A DNA stretch of 64,000 nucleotides, taken from Callorhinchus milii (taxonomy: Eukaryota). Below, one piece after another: positions 1-11,302 of the stretch (positions are counted from its first letter, which is position 1; every line of letters starts with the position of its first letter). Below the pieces are notes generated by a model. It did not search any database. It saw nothing but the letters and a program-made list of their open reading frames with translations, and had not been told where the DNA came from. A program made the position numbers and the translations under genes. The stretch covers positions 135,100,001-135,164,000 of the forward strand of contig NW_024704742.1 of NCBI RefSeq assembly GCF_018977255.1. The letters run 5' to 3'.

Positions 1-596
1 GAGTCTCCCTGTCTAATGCAATACCTAACCACCATTAACCTAAAATGTGCGTTCATTGATTGTGCATCTAGTCCTCTCACATACCATGTTCTTACCTTGG
101 AAGAATGTGAATCAGAGCTGACATCGCAGTGCTTCACTGCAGAGTAACACAAGAATGTGCTGAACCAGATAAAAACACTGTGATCTATTTTATCGAAGAA
201 TTAAAAAGAAGTATTAAAAAACTTACACAACTCATTATGATAATAATACTAATCCTTGCATTTGACGCAGCGCCTTAGCACACTGTTAGATGTCTCAAAG
301 CCCTTCATAAAATATATTGTGAAGTAAATTGACTGTATATTTTGTGGGCAAAATGCAGCAGGAAATGATGCACAACAGTGTCCCACAAACAGTCATGGAT
401 TGCATGACCAATTTTTTTTGAGGGATTATTACCCTTGGAAAATGATCCACAAATCAATTAAGAACCAGGTTCCTAATTACTGCTAGATAAACAGAGGCAT
501 GTGGAGTAAGAAAACTTGTTTTGCCCCTCATATCTCAGAGCCCTAACTGAATTCTTGAATTGCATTTTGAATATTAAGATGCCCTTACTATAATGG

Positions 597-889
597 TAAT
601 AATAATAATCCTTGCATTTGATGTAGCGCTTTTCACGCCTTTGAGATGTCTCAAAGCGCTTCACAGAATATACTGTAAAGTGAATTGACTATATATTTGT
701 GGGCGAATTGCAGCAGTCACAAACAGCCGTGGATTGAAGTGACCAATTTATTATTGTTTTTTTTCTTGAGGGATTATTGTCAGGCGTGTGTAGTAAGGAG
801 GAAACTTGCCCTAGGTTTCGCCCTGCCGGGAATTGAACCTAGGTCTCTCGCTTGCGAGGCAAGCGCTCTAAAGACTGAGCTTACAGGAC
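597..889 (-). mobile_element. tRNA(Ala)-derived SINE, short form
   Basis: A/B-box head, body, stem-loop tail and (TTA)n. Confidence 0.9.
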
Positions 890-944
890 TGTGCTTGTGT
901 TTCTCGATGGGTTTCATTAACAATTTGCACTTATTATAAATCAC

Positions 945-1570
945 CTTTCACATAGGGAGAGGGAAGGGGCAGAGTGGCTAATTGCTCACCCACTGATGGT
1001 GTGGCGGAGCTGGTGGGGTAAATGAAGCAGGCCGCAGTTGGAGGATCGAAAGGAGATCACTGAGGTTGGAGGGGCAAAGCCATGGAAGTATTTAAAGGTG
1101 AGGATGAGGATCTAAAGTTGATCTGTTGTGGGATAGGGAGCCAATGGAGCCAAGCAAGGCTGGGGGTCAAGGGCTTGGAGCCTGGTGTGGGAGAGTATGT
1201 GGGTTGTGGAGTTCTGGTCAGGTGTGGAATTGTGGGGCTGAGGCAATGCCAAGTAGAGCGTTGAAGAACTGATGTCCAGAGATGACAAAGGCTTAGATGA
1301 AGGTTCGACCTGCGTGGGGTGGGGTGAAGCATTGGCATTGACAAAGGCAGGTGGTGGTGTGGAGATGGTGATAAGGAATCTTGGTCAGTGCCTGGGTGAA
1401 AGAAAAGGAGCCACTGTGTGTACGAGTGAATGAGTGAGCGGAGAGGTCAATTTTGTTAGCACCAGAGGTGAGAAAACTGTGTTGGGAGTGGAGCAGAACT
1501 GCCTCAGTTTTAAGCTCAAGTGAGTTCAAGAATAGCTCCATCACAAGGGAGGGGAGGAGAGAGAGCAGGA
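945..1570 (-). mobile_element. Degraded L2 fragment(s)
   Basis: Minus-strand LHWLPIPQQINF motif and similarity to the L2 RT region. Confidence 0.7.
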
Positions 1571-2991
1571 AACCCTGGAAAGCCAAACTGAAAGTAGAAA
1601 TTACTGAGGGGTCATGCTCAAAACGTCAATCTATTGTCTTCCTGCAGATGCTGAATGGCCTACTGTGCATTCCCAGCAATTTCTGCCTCGATTTAAAAAC
1701 ACACAGGTGCTATCCATTGAGCATCCGCACAGGTTACTTACAGAGAGCACATTAACATCTACTCATTGCTGAAGTTGCATTAAGAGTAGATAGTAGATGA
1801 CTTCGGAATTGAAGTCCTTCAAATAAATATGATTTTAAGGCTCTTTCGACTCCTGTGAGAATCGCCCACAAAATATAGCCAATTCACTTTACAGTATATT
1901 CTGTGAAACGCTTTGAGATGTCACGAAGAAGCGATAAAGCACTATATCAAATGAAAGGATTATTTTATTATTATTATTACAGATTTAATAATAATAATTT
2001 TAAACAGTGCAGTGAGATTTTGTTCCCCTCTCCCACAGAATGTGTGGTTCAATTGTTAAGTAAGTTGAGCCCACGAACGTAGATCAGTTCTGCCCTAAAT
2101 TCCGAGTGTGCTGATAGACAGACTGCCTGCCTCACATTAATTCACTTCACACCATTTCAATCGATCAGTGGCAGGCTCCCCAGCCACTTTCGACAGTGCC
2201 TGTCTGGCTGCCTGCGTGCATGCACAGGAGCTCACTAACCCAGACAAATCAGTGTTGGGGAGCGTGCACAGATTGAGAGTTCACAGTAGTCAAGGCCTTG
2301 GAGGTGGAGCCTGATGGGAATGCATGTCTAGGCCATTCAGATTGGTCAACTGTGCACTTCACGTGAAACAGCCCTTTTTTCTCATCGTTAAGAGACTACA
2401 GCAGGCGATTACGCGCCACACGTTTCAGGGATAACAAACGCAGAACCTTCAACGCATGGCAAACTCGAGTTTTTTTAACCCTCCGAAAGTTGGCTCCTTA
2501 AACGCTTTTCAATCGCACCTGGAGCTAACCGGTCCGATCAATGAATTAATCACAAAGCACCAAGCACGATCAAAGTTAGTGGCTCTTGCACACCTTCACC
2601 ATGTGGTTAGAAGCAGTGCTTTAATATCTTGGAAAATGGTTTGCTCGCGACAGAAATTCAGCTTTCATTATTAATAGTTATAGAGGGGGAGAATCTGAAA
2701 TATAGTATTCTCACATATTAAATCCTGACAATAATCAGGTGTGCATCACCCCAACCTGCCTAAATGTAGATCACTTGTAGACTTTCACTTACAAATACAG
2801 TTACTACACTTTACAGACAGTCTACTGATGTGAAAGACATGATACCAAATGTAAGCATTATTATTATCAGAGCAGGGTTCCTGCAACCTGCTTACCAACT
2901 TCAGTATAGAGGGATCCTTTGGAAACCCTGTTGAGGACACCATGCTCTTAACCCCATTTAAGATCAAATCTCTTGGCTGCTCATAGGCTGT

Positions 2992-3353
2992 AATAATAAT
3001 CCTTGCATTTGATACAGTGCCTTATATGGATATCGTTAAGACGTCTAAAAGCGCTTCGCAGAAAATATTATATTATACTGTGTATTTGTCTGCGAAACAT
3101 GGAAGCCAATTGTGCAGAGCAGTGTCCCCCAAACAGTCGTGGATTGAATAACCACATTTTTTGGGAGGGAGGAAGGGATTATTACTACTGGAAACCGACC
3201 CACAAATTATCTATCAACCGGGTTCCTAGTTACTGCTTAAGGAAACAGAGACATGTGGAGTAAGGAAACTTGCCTAATGTTTCATCGCCTGGGATTCGAA
3301 CCTGGGTCCTCTTGCTTGCGAGACAAGCACGCTAACCACTACGCTACAAGACT
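2992..3353 (-). mobile_element. tRNA-derived SINE, long form
   Basis: Same family, including the extra ~70-nt central segment. Confidence 0.88.
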
Positions 3354-6300
3354 TCATGCTACAGGATCTGCTAGATACAGAAGAGCAATGGGATCTGCAG
3401 AGAGAAAGCCAGAACTCGAGCATCGGTTTTGACTGACCTTTGACTCAAGCTTCCCCTCGGGATAGCCAACAAATCCATGCGTGTGTTTGATGTTGCCAAA
3501 TGTCATGCCCGGCCTCAATGTAATTTGAATACACTACTCTATCGTCTTACATCTAATAGCACATTAGTAATACATGAACAAATGCCCCACCAAAACAAGA
3601 TTTCTGCCTTACGTGTACTGTTCAACCCTGTTCACTGTCAGTACAATCGATCAATTTGTTGGAAAGAATTTTCTCTGAAAAATGATGCAGCTTCTCAACA
3701 AGACCAATTTACAGTTATAGAGCGCCTTTTTTTTAGATCAGCCGGTGGGTGTCTGACACATTCGGAAACCCATCAACATGCTTAAGACCAAACTAAACTG
3801 AGAATTCCACGCACCTTACCTACACATAGCAGCTTTCAAGTTGGGAGGATGACTCGTAACAACTTATTATTAGTTATCAATTTGGACTCCATAACAATAT
3901 TCTTTTTATTTCCACTTAGTCTTGTTCAGCAAGTAAAATGCTTCGAGACATTTCTTTTATGTAAAACTTAAATTATTATTGTTGTATTATTGAAAATCTT
4001 TGCTCTCACTCACTGGAGCCACAGTAAGAGGCCTCAATTGCTGCGGGTTTCCATGATCTTTGTAACCCTCGTAAGCCTGGAGATCAATTTTGTATCACCA
4101 GGGCCAGATTCGTGACATACCTGTCACAGTTACAACTGCTCTCGGCTACACTCATAAATCGAACCAAATAAACAAACTTAAAATGTTAAAAGATTGTGCA
4201 GAATTCTGGAAAATTCAGCCTTAAATTGGAAAGCAGCCTCCAAATTAAGACTGAATGAGAAAACTCTACTCAATTTTTGAATTTTGAGGCAAAGGATGTT
4301 TTCAAATACTTCTTATAAGACCACCAGAAAAATCGAGCAGTTTCATAGAATCCTACAGTACAGAAGGAGGCCATTCAGCCCATCATACCTGTGTCGGCTG
4401 TTTAGAAGAGCTATCTAATTTAGAAGAGCTATCCCTTGCCCCTCTCCTACCCCACTGTCCAAATCCTTGACTGCCCAGCGCCTTAGATGTCCTCCCGACG
4501 TGAAGACGCTATACAAATGTAACTTGTCTTACAAATATTTTCTTTTCAAGTAAACATCCAATTCCCTTTTGAAACTTATTATTGAATCTGCTTCCACCAC
4601 CCTTTCAGGCAGCGTGTTCCAGATCGTAACAAGTTGCTCGTGAAATGTTTCTCTAGGAATTCCTCCCAGGCCTTAGATTTACCGTATTAATGTAAAATTT
4701 TACGAATGTTCAAAACTTGTCAAACCCTTAAATGCAGTCTTGAATTTTGGAGCCTTTTTTTGTAAGTGTTTCTTTTGGAAGAAACTACTGAAAATGAGCT
4801 TCCAAGCTAAAACTGATCCCACCTGTGTATAGAATACTTTATTCTGCCGGACTGTTCTTTTCGGTCAGCTGGGTATCTATCACACGCGGAAACCCATCAC
4901 CAAGCTTGAGAGTCTCCAAACCCAACTGAGAATTTTGAGCAATGCTGGAATGGATGCGCATTCTCTCCCTGGAGAGACGCATCCTGCTGAATAATTCTGG
5001 AAAGTATTAGGCACAGGTTGGCAAGAGCAAAGGCTTGAGGCCCCCAGAGTGTGCTTTGGGGTAACTGCTGGAGTCTGACTTACTTCCTCCACAAATGTAT
5101 TCCTGAAATGCAGCATTTTGTTTCAGCTGATTTTTCTTTATTTCACCAGAACTGCCAGGACTCATCATACAAATAACTCCTGCAGCCAAAATGGATTTCT
5201 TTGCTCTCCACCTCTCCACTTTCCAAAAAAAAAAATCCTTGTAAGCCTGGAGATCAATTTTACGTCAAGTGTGGATAAGTAAATCACTTCTCCAAACTAT
5301 GTTGTGATTTAGGGTCACACCTTAAAATGCTGGACTATCTTTTTCCTACGAATGCCGATTGACCCGCTGTGCAATTCCAGGTCGAATTCCAGCAATATAT
5401 TAACTTGGTTTTAAAACCCAACTTAAATGTCTGTCGTTTCCATTGTGTGGCAATTTTAACAAGTAAAATTACATAACCTCTAATCAAGATTTTTTTTATT
5501 GAAGACTTTCCAAAGCTTAGAACATTTCTTGAGCTTTCGCCGGAGAGTGGGAGTTGGGTTCAAAAGACGGTTGTAAAATGAAATTAACCTGTAGCCTGAG
5601 AAACTGAAAACCAATAAAAAGCCTTTATTATTGTATTTCCTACATTAAGGATGTTTCCAAATACATCTTATAGCCCTTTTAAATCTCCAAAGCCTTTTGG
5701 AGCGGCTCTCTTCTCTGTAAATATCACGAAGGGGGCTGGCATTTTCAGTGGATTCTAGTGTTCTCTCAAACACCAATTCTCTTCAATCAATATTGATTTA
5801 AAAAATTTCAGCAGCTCCAAAGAAACCGATTCCCAAGGAAAAACACAGCAACTGACTTTGTATTGATCATTCGGCGCTCCACGACACTGCTGTACCCGCC
5901 CGTGGTTTTCTATGGAAACCTCGGGCGTGTTGCAAAAAATCGAGCATAAATGTCTCTCTCTCGCCTACGCACACAGAAAGAAGCACACATAATACTTACA
6001 CACATAGAAAGAAGACACACCAGTGCAAAGACACACAAACACAGACAAAGACACAAGGAAGCACACACAGAACTAATACTACATGATACTTTTCAATTTC
6101 ATTATGAATAGGATTCCTTGAACCAATGGCACAAAGCATTCAGAAATACGGTTTTTCTTTACACTGTTATCAAAAATTTTTATTATACTGCGTAGAGGAC
6201 AAAACTGCTTCCCACTCCTCTGTTCCTTGAAAATAAATCTCCTGTTTGATGACCTTCCTTTCTGTATGTGTCATTCTTGGATGCAAATAGAGCAGGGCTG

Positions 6301-6742
6301 ATTGTTACTACCATATAGTCGGTGCGACAGAAACTGAGGAAATTGAAAAGGAGAATGGGAGGGAAGATGGTCTTTCTTCAGTAGGGACACCCGAAACAAG
6401 TGTAGGTCAGGCAAGAAAGAATGGAGAACCCACAGCCATTATTCCCTGGGTGGATCTCTTGTCAATAGCAGCCTGCTGAGTAAATTGCCAGGACACAAAC
6501 CTGATACAACAGCAATATTAACGGAGTCCACTTGCTAAAACCCATCGACTGACTGAATAAGAGCACTTGCACAATAGCAGTGAAAGCTGGCAATGCACTT
6601 CCTGTAGCTAAAGCGCTTCGAGACATTCTCCTGATGTGAAAAGCATCAAATAGATGTAAACTATACTGTAAATTGTATTGTAGAGATTGGCTAACATTAA
6701 ATTTGTGGTGCTTTGTCCTAAGAATTAGTCTGGATCAGTCAG

Positions 6743-7150
6743 AAGCACTCGCCTCTGAGTCAGGCCGTGGGTTCAACCCCCATACGTCAGGATTTTGAGC
6801 TCACAGTCTAAGCTAAGCTGCTCGGGTCCCGATCCAACTGTCCAGCGCCTTGGAACGTCCTCCCGACGTGAAAGGCGCTCTATAAATGAAACCTTGTCGT
6901 TGTTGCTGTTGTTGTTGTGTACTGCATTGTCAGAGATGGCATTCTTCAGATGAGATGTTAAACAGAAGCCCAGTCTACCTGTTCAAGTGGATATTAAAGA
7001 ACCTATGGTACTGATTGAAAAGGGAACTGGGTTTCTCCCGATATACTGATCAACAACGCCCTTGATAAATTGCTCATTTATGTCATGGCTGTTTGAGGGA
7101 CATTGCTGAGCGCAAATTAATTTCCCGACAAATACACTCGACTTTACAAT
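6743..7150 (+). mobile_element. DeuSINE-like (SacSINE1/AmnSINE1-type) relic interrupted by an L2 tail (~6816-6918)
   Basis: tRNA-like head, then TGCATTGTCAGAG...GATGAGATGTTAAAC...GTGGATATTAAAGA, resembling the recalled Deu domain. Confidence 0.65.
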
Positions 7151-7561
7151 ATGTTAACAACCATGAGATGAACTTGCTCACAGAGAGTAAGTCACTGACC
7201 CTGCTGGGACATTCGAGTTAAGTGGCTAAAGAAATTTTAATTTTACATAATATTCAAATAGCATCTGCACTGTGAAAAGGTTACTCTACAGCTCGTAGTC
7301 TTTGCTGTATGTGCTTGAATCTTTCATTTTTTTCCTACACATTGAATTACTTATCCTTCTTTGATGTGCGGGGACTTATGCACACAATCATAGCAACAAA
7401 TCAGTCCCAGCAAAACCCCACAACTAGTGACAACAACAACAAAATTCCATTTGTTTAGCAACAACAACTTGCTTGTCACAAGGGGTAGCGTCTTGGAGCG
7501 CTTAAAGATAAGATAAATGCCCAATTTTTTTACTCAGTGATCTCGATAAGGGATGAATATC

Positions 7562-7870
7562 AATAATAATAATCCTTGCATTTGATGTAGCGCTTTTCAC
7601 GTCTTCTAGACGTCTCAAAGCACAGAATATACTGTAAAGTGAATTGACTGTATATTTGTGGGCGAAACGCGACAGCCAATTGCGCACAGCAGCGTCCCAC
7701 AGACAGTCGTGGATTGAAAATGACCAATTTTTTGTTTGTTTTATTGTTTTGTTTTTTGGAGGGATTATTATTAGGCGTGTGGAGTAAGGAAGGTTTCGCC
7801 CTGCCTGGAATTGAACCCAGGTGTCTCGCTTGCAAGGCGAGCGCTCTAACCACTGAGCTACAGTACTCCA
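7562..7870 (-). mobile_element. tRNA(Ala)-derived SINE, short form
   Basis: Head TGTAGCTCAGTGGTTAGAGCGCTCGCCTTGCAAGCGAG...GGTTCAATTCC; anticodon-like loop CTTGCAA. Confidence 0.92.
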
Positions 7871-9149
7871 CTTATAGACCCTCAACTGTTATGTTTCTAG
7901 TTTAAAAACTGTTTTAAGTTAGCTATCTCTGAACAACAAGTTTGTCCTGCAAGTCTTGTTCAGTACATCAACATCAATAAGGCTGCACTCTCCCTCAGTG
8001 GAACGTGAAACATATCACCACACTATGGGCACAGTAAATCTGTACGTTTAGAAAAACATTTTACATTTTCTTTGCACCAGAGAAGATTAGGGATGGAGGG
8101 AGTGTGTGCGGGGGAGGGGAAGCAGAATAATTGGTAGCCAACACTAAGGCCAGGACACAGAGTATTTTCCACTCTTTGTGCCAACTAGTCCAGCAAGGAG
8201 GGAGAGATAACTTGAGAGAGATAATCTGAAGTCTAGTCCACTTAGCTACAACTCTGACAATCATTGTTAGGGAATAACGTCAGTGGATTTCCCAGTATCC
8301 CACACTGCTCAGGAGCATCAGCCTAGATTATGAGCTCAAATCCATTTAGATTAAGTGCGCTGGAACCTGCAATCCTCCGATCCAAAAATGATAAGGCTGA
8401 CACTGATTGAAATGAATGGAAAAGGTTCTGTATTGAAAGCGACTTAATGCAAGGACTCTATCCTTCAACCAACTCAACAGTTAGTGATTGGAAGGCAACA
8501 ATGTCTTACAACTATACAGCACCTTTCACACAGAAAAATCCATCAAATTGTTCTACTGAGACAGACTGGGAGCCCAAGCAGAGTGGAAGAGACATTTTGA
8601 AAGCAGAAAGGTAGAGATCCACGCAGAGGGATTTAGAGAGGGAGAGTTCCAGAGAATCGATCAAAGCTCACCCCATATTACTGATGCTTCAAGTCATTCA
8701 TAGTGGTAACCATGTTAATCAGGAGAATACCTGCATGTATATTACTCTGGATGCATACATATTTACTTAGGTAAATGATTGCAAAGGTTACAGGTTCAAA
8801 ACTATTATTAATAATGATCAGCATATTAACAAACCTTTCATTTGATCAAGCGCTTTTCACATCAGTAGACATCTCTAAGTACTTCACAGGATTTAATGTA
8901 ATTTCTTACATGTGTAATTTGTATTTTACTGAACATTTTGTATGTAAATCATGGTAGCTAATCTTTCCACGGCCACAAAGTGAACGGCTAATTTAATCTG
9001 GGGGTTTGCTGGCCAGGACACCAGGAGAAACTCCCTTCTCCTTTCAACTAATGCCATGTTTTGGCATGTATCTTCAGCCTGCAATTACATCTTTTGCACA
9101 AACTAGGCCTAAAGACATTGTGCAAGATAAAAATGCATGGCCTGCAATT

Positions 9150-9415
9150 GAAGGGGGTAAATTCAAACCAAATCTGCGGATACACTATTTTAGTGAGCCA
9201 GTAATAAATATATGGAACAGGCTCCCTCGGGAGATGGTGGAAGCAGAAAGTGTTGATTCTTTCAAAAGCAAATTAGGCAGATTTATTTTAGGAAGTGATA
9301 TCTTGGGATACAGTATATAGTTTGGGACATAACATGTGCCTGCGACTGCCAGGATGATGAAAGGAGAACTGGATGGACCTTCGTCTTCTTTCGTCTAGCA
9401 AATTCTTATGTTCTT
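9150..9415 (+). mobile_element. CR1-clade LINE 3' end
   Basis: GGKFKPNLRIHYFSEPVINIWNRLPREMVEAESVDSFKSKLG, typical of the CR1 ORF2 C-terminus; ends TTCTTATGTTCTT. Confidence 0.85.
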
Positions 9416-10089
9416 GAAGCGCATGACTGCTGGATTACCACTCCCCTCCGGAAAGGAGTAATAACAAAGAACAATGGGTGTAAAAATGTGATGTTCCATT
9501 AAAGATCCCGTGTTACTTAACAAGGCCAGCATTGATCAAGAGAGAAGCACCCCATTTGCTTCTGAACTGATATTCATTCCCTTTAGCCAATATTGGCAGA
9601 ACACACTGTGAACCTCACCAAGAGTAGGTTCGGCCGATGATTGATAGCTCGGGTTAGCATTCGGGCATCAAGAAGATTTGGCTGCAGCTGTAGAAATTAT
9701 TCCCTCGATAAATTTTTATTCCCCTTCCCCCACCAATTTGGCTAAAAAATGAGATACGAGAGTCAACATACATTTTCATGTGTCAATTCTAAAAACTAAT
9801 ACCTTGGTCTTATTAGAAGTGAACAACAATTTAATTGTTGCTAAAAATTCCCATATTAAACTATAGGAAGAGTTTCACTGTACCTGGTGAAGTATTACTG
9901 CGCTACTAAAATATATTTTCTATTTTAAAACAACATTTTCAGTTGAGCATTGCCTTGCGGGCAGAGTACACCGACTTCCAACCAGACGCACATTACACCT
10001 GGATTCCGGCACTGACAAGCTGGCTTCTTGCATTAATGAAAGGCCAACAGCTATAACAATAATCCTTACAATACAAATACAACACAAAA

Positions 10090-10485
10090 TTACATTTGTA
10101 GAGCGCCTTTCACGTCGGCCTGTACTGTCTCATATCTCAAAACATCACAAGCCTTCAGCTCTGAACATCTCTGACCTGCTGACCCCCTCCGCTCTGGCCT
10201 ACTCCAGATCTCCCTGGTGAAGATTTCAGTCTCTCTGCCCCCACTCTCTGGAACTCCATCCCACAATCCCTTCTCCTTGCTCCCTCTCTTGCCTCCTTCA
10301 ATGCAAGACTCAAGACCCTCCTTTTCGACCGTGCCTTCAGCCGCCCTCCTACCCCCTCTGCCCTCCCTCATTCCAACCCGGCACCCCCTCCTCCAGGCTC
10401 GGGACCTGATCCCTGACTGTCCAGCGCCTTGGGAAGTCCTCCCGACATGCAAGGCACTTCACAGATGTAATTTTGTTGTTACTGT
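10090..10485 (+). mobile_element. L2 3' fragment
   Basis: CTCTGGAACTCCATCCC...GACTGTCCAGCGCCTTGGGAAGTCCTCCCGAC tail. Confidence 0.8.
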
Positions 10486-10710
10486 TGTAGAGATTTGCCA
10501 GTAATGTATTCTGTTCTAGGTTTAATAAACTATAAAAGATTTTAAAATAACAACAACTTGTATTTATATAGAGCCCTTCACGTGGGGTAGCATCTTGGAG
10601 CCCTTAAATGGCTAAATATATAATATATATTATATATATAGTACACATACTCTCATATTTATCCAATCAACAGGGTGCTCATAAAATGAGGTTTTGTGAA
10701 GACAGTTATA

Positions 10711-11070
10711 GGAGTCCTGTAGCTCAGTGGTTAGAACATTGCCTCGCAGGCGAGAGACCTAGGTTCGATTCCCAGGCAGAGCGAAATGTTAGGTAAGTTT
10801 CCTTATTCCACACGCCTCTGTTTACCTAGCAGTAAGTAGGAACCCGGTTGCTAGTCGATTGGCGGATCACTTTTCCGGGGATAATACCCTTATAAAAAAC
10901 AATAATAATTTGGTCACTCAATCCATGACTGTTTGTGGGACACTGCTGTGCGCAATTGGCTGCCGTGTTTTACCCACAAATATACAGTCAATTCACTTTT
11001 CTATGAAGAGCTTTGAGACATCTAGAAAACGTGAAAAGCGCTATATCAAATGCAAGCATTATTATTATTA
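10711..11070 (+). mobile_element. tRNA-derived SINE, long form
   Basis: GGAGTCCTGTAGCTCAGTGG (A box), GGTTCGATTCC (B box), CORE-like segment, tail. Confidence 0.92.
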
Positions 11071-11159
11071 TAAAAAGTATAACAACAACTACTTGCATTT
11101 ATATAGTGCCATTCATGCCGGATGGCGTCTCAGAGCGCTTAAGAATACAGGTAAAGGCA

Positions 11160-11302
11160 TACACACACACACAATTGGGCACACAAGAGCAGCAACAACA
11201 AATTACGCCAGGAGGATGTCCGGATGTCCCAAGCGTCGACTCACACACACAAACACACACATGCACACACACAGAACACACAACACCACACAACACACAC
11301 AC
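11160..11302. repeat. (CA)n-rich microsatellite region
   Basis: Interrupted CA runs. Confidence 0.85.

Noticed and set aside
473..664. Recurrent small ORFs ending in ...EKRYIKCKDYYY
   Set aside because: They are translations of the SINE tail, not a peptide family.
6291..6479. Purine-rich open frame of ~62 codons (…ETEEIEKENGREDG…)
   Set aside because: No recognisable homology and weak splice context.
7790..7870. tRNA-Ala genes (also at 10711, 23319, 49560)
   Set aside because: These are SINE heads; they run into the SINE body and lack a proper acceptor stem.
9620..10052. Candidate minus-strand exons (~9620-9688, ~9999-10050)
   Set aside because: AG/GT boundaries are plausible, but the peptides are unrecognised and such pairs are expected by chance.
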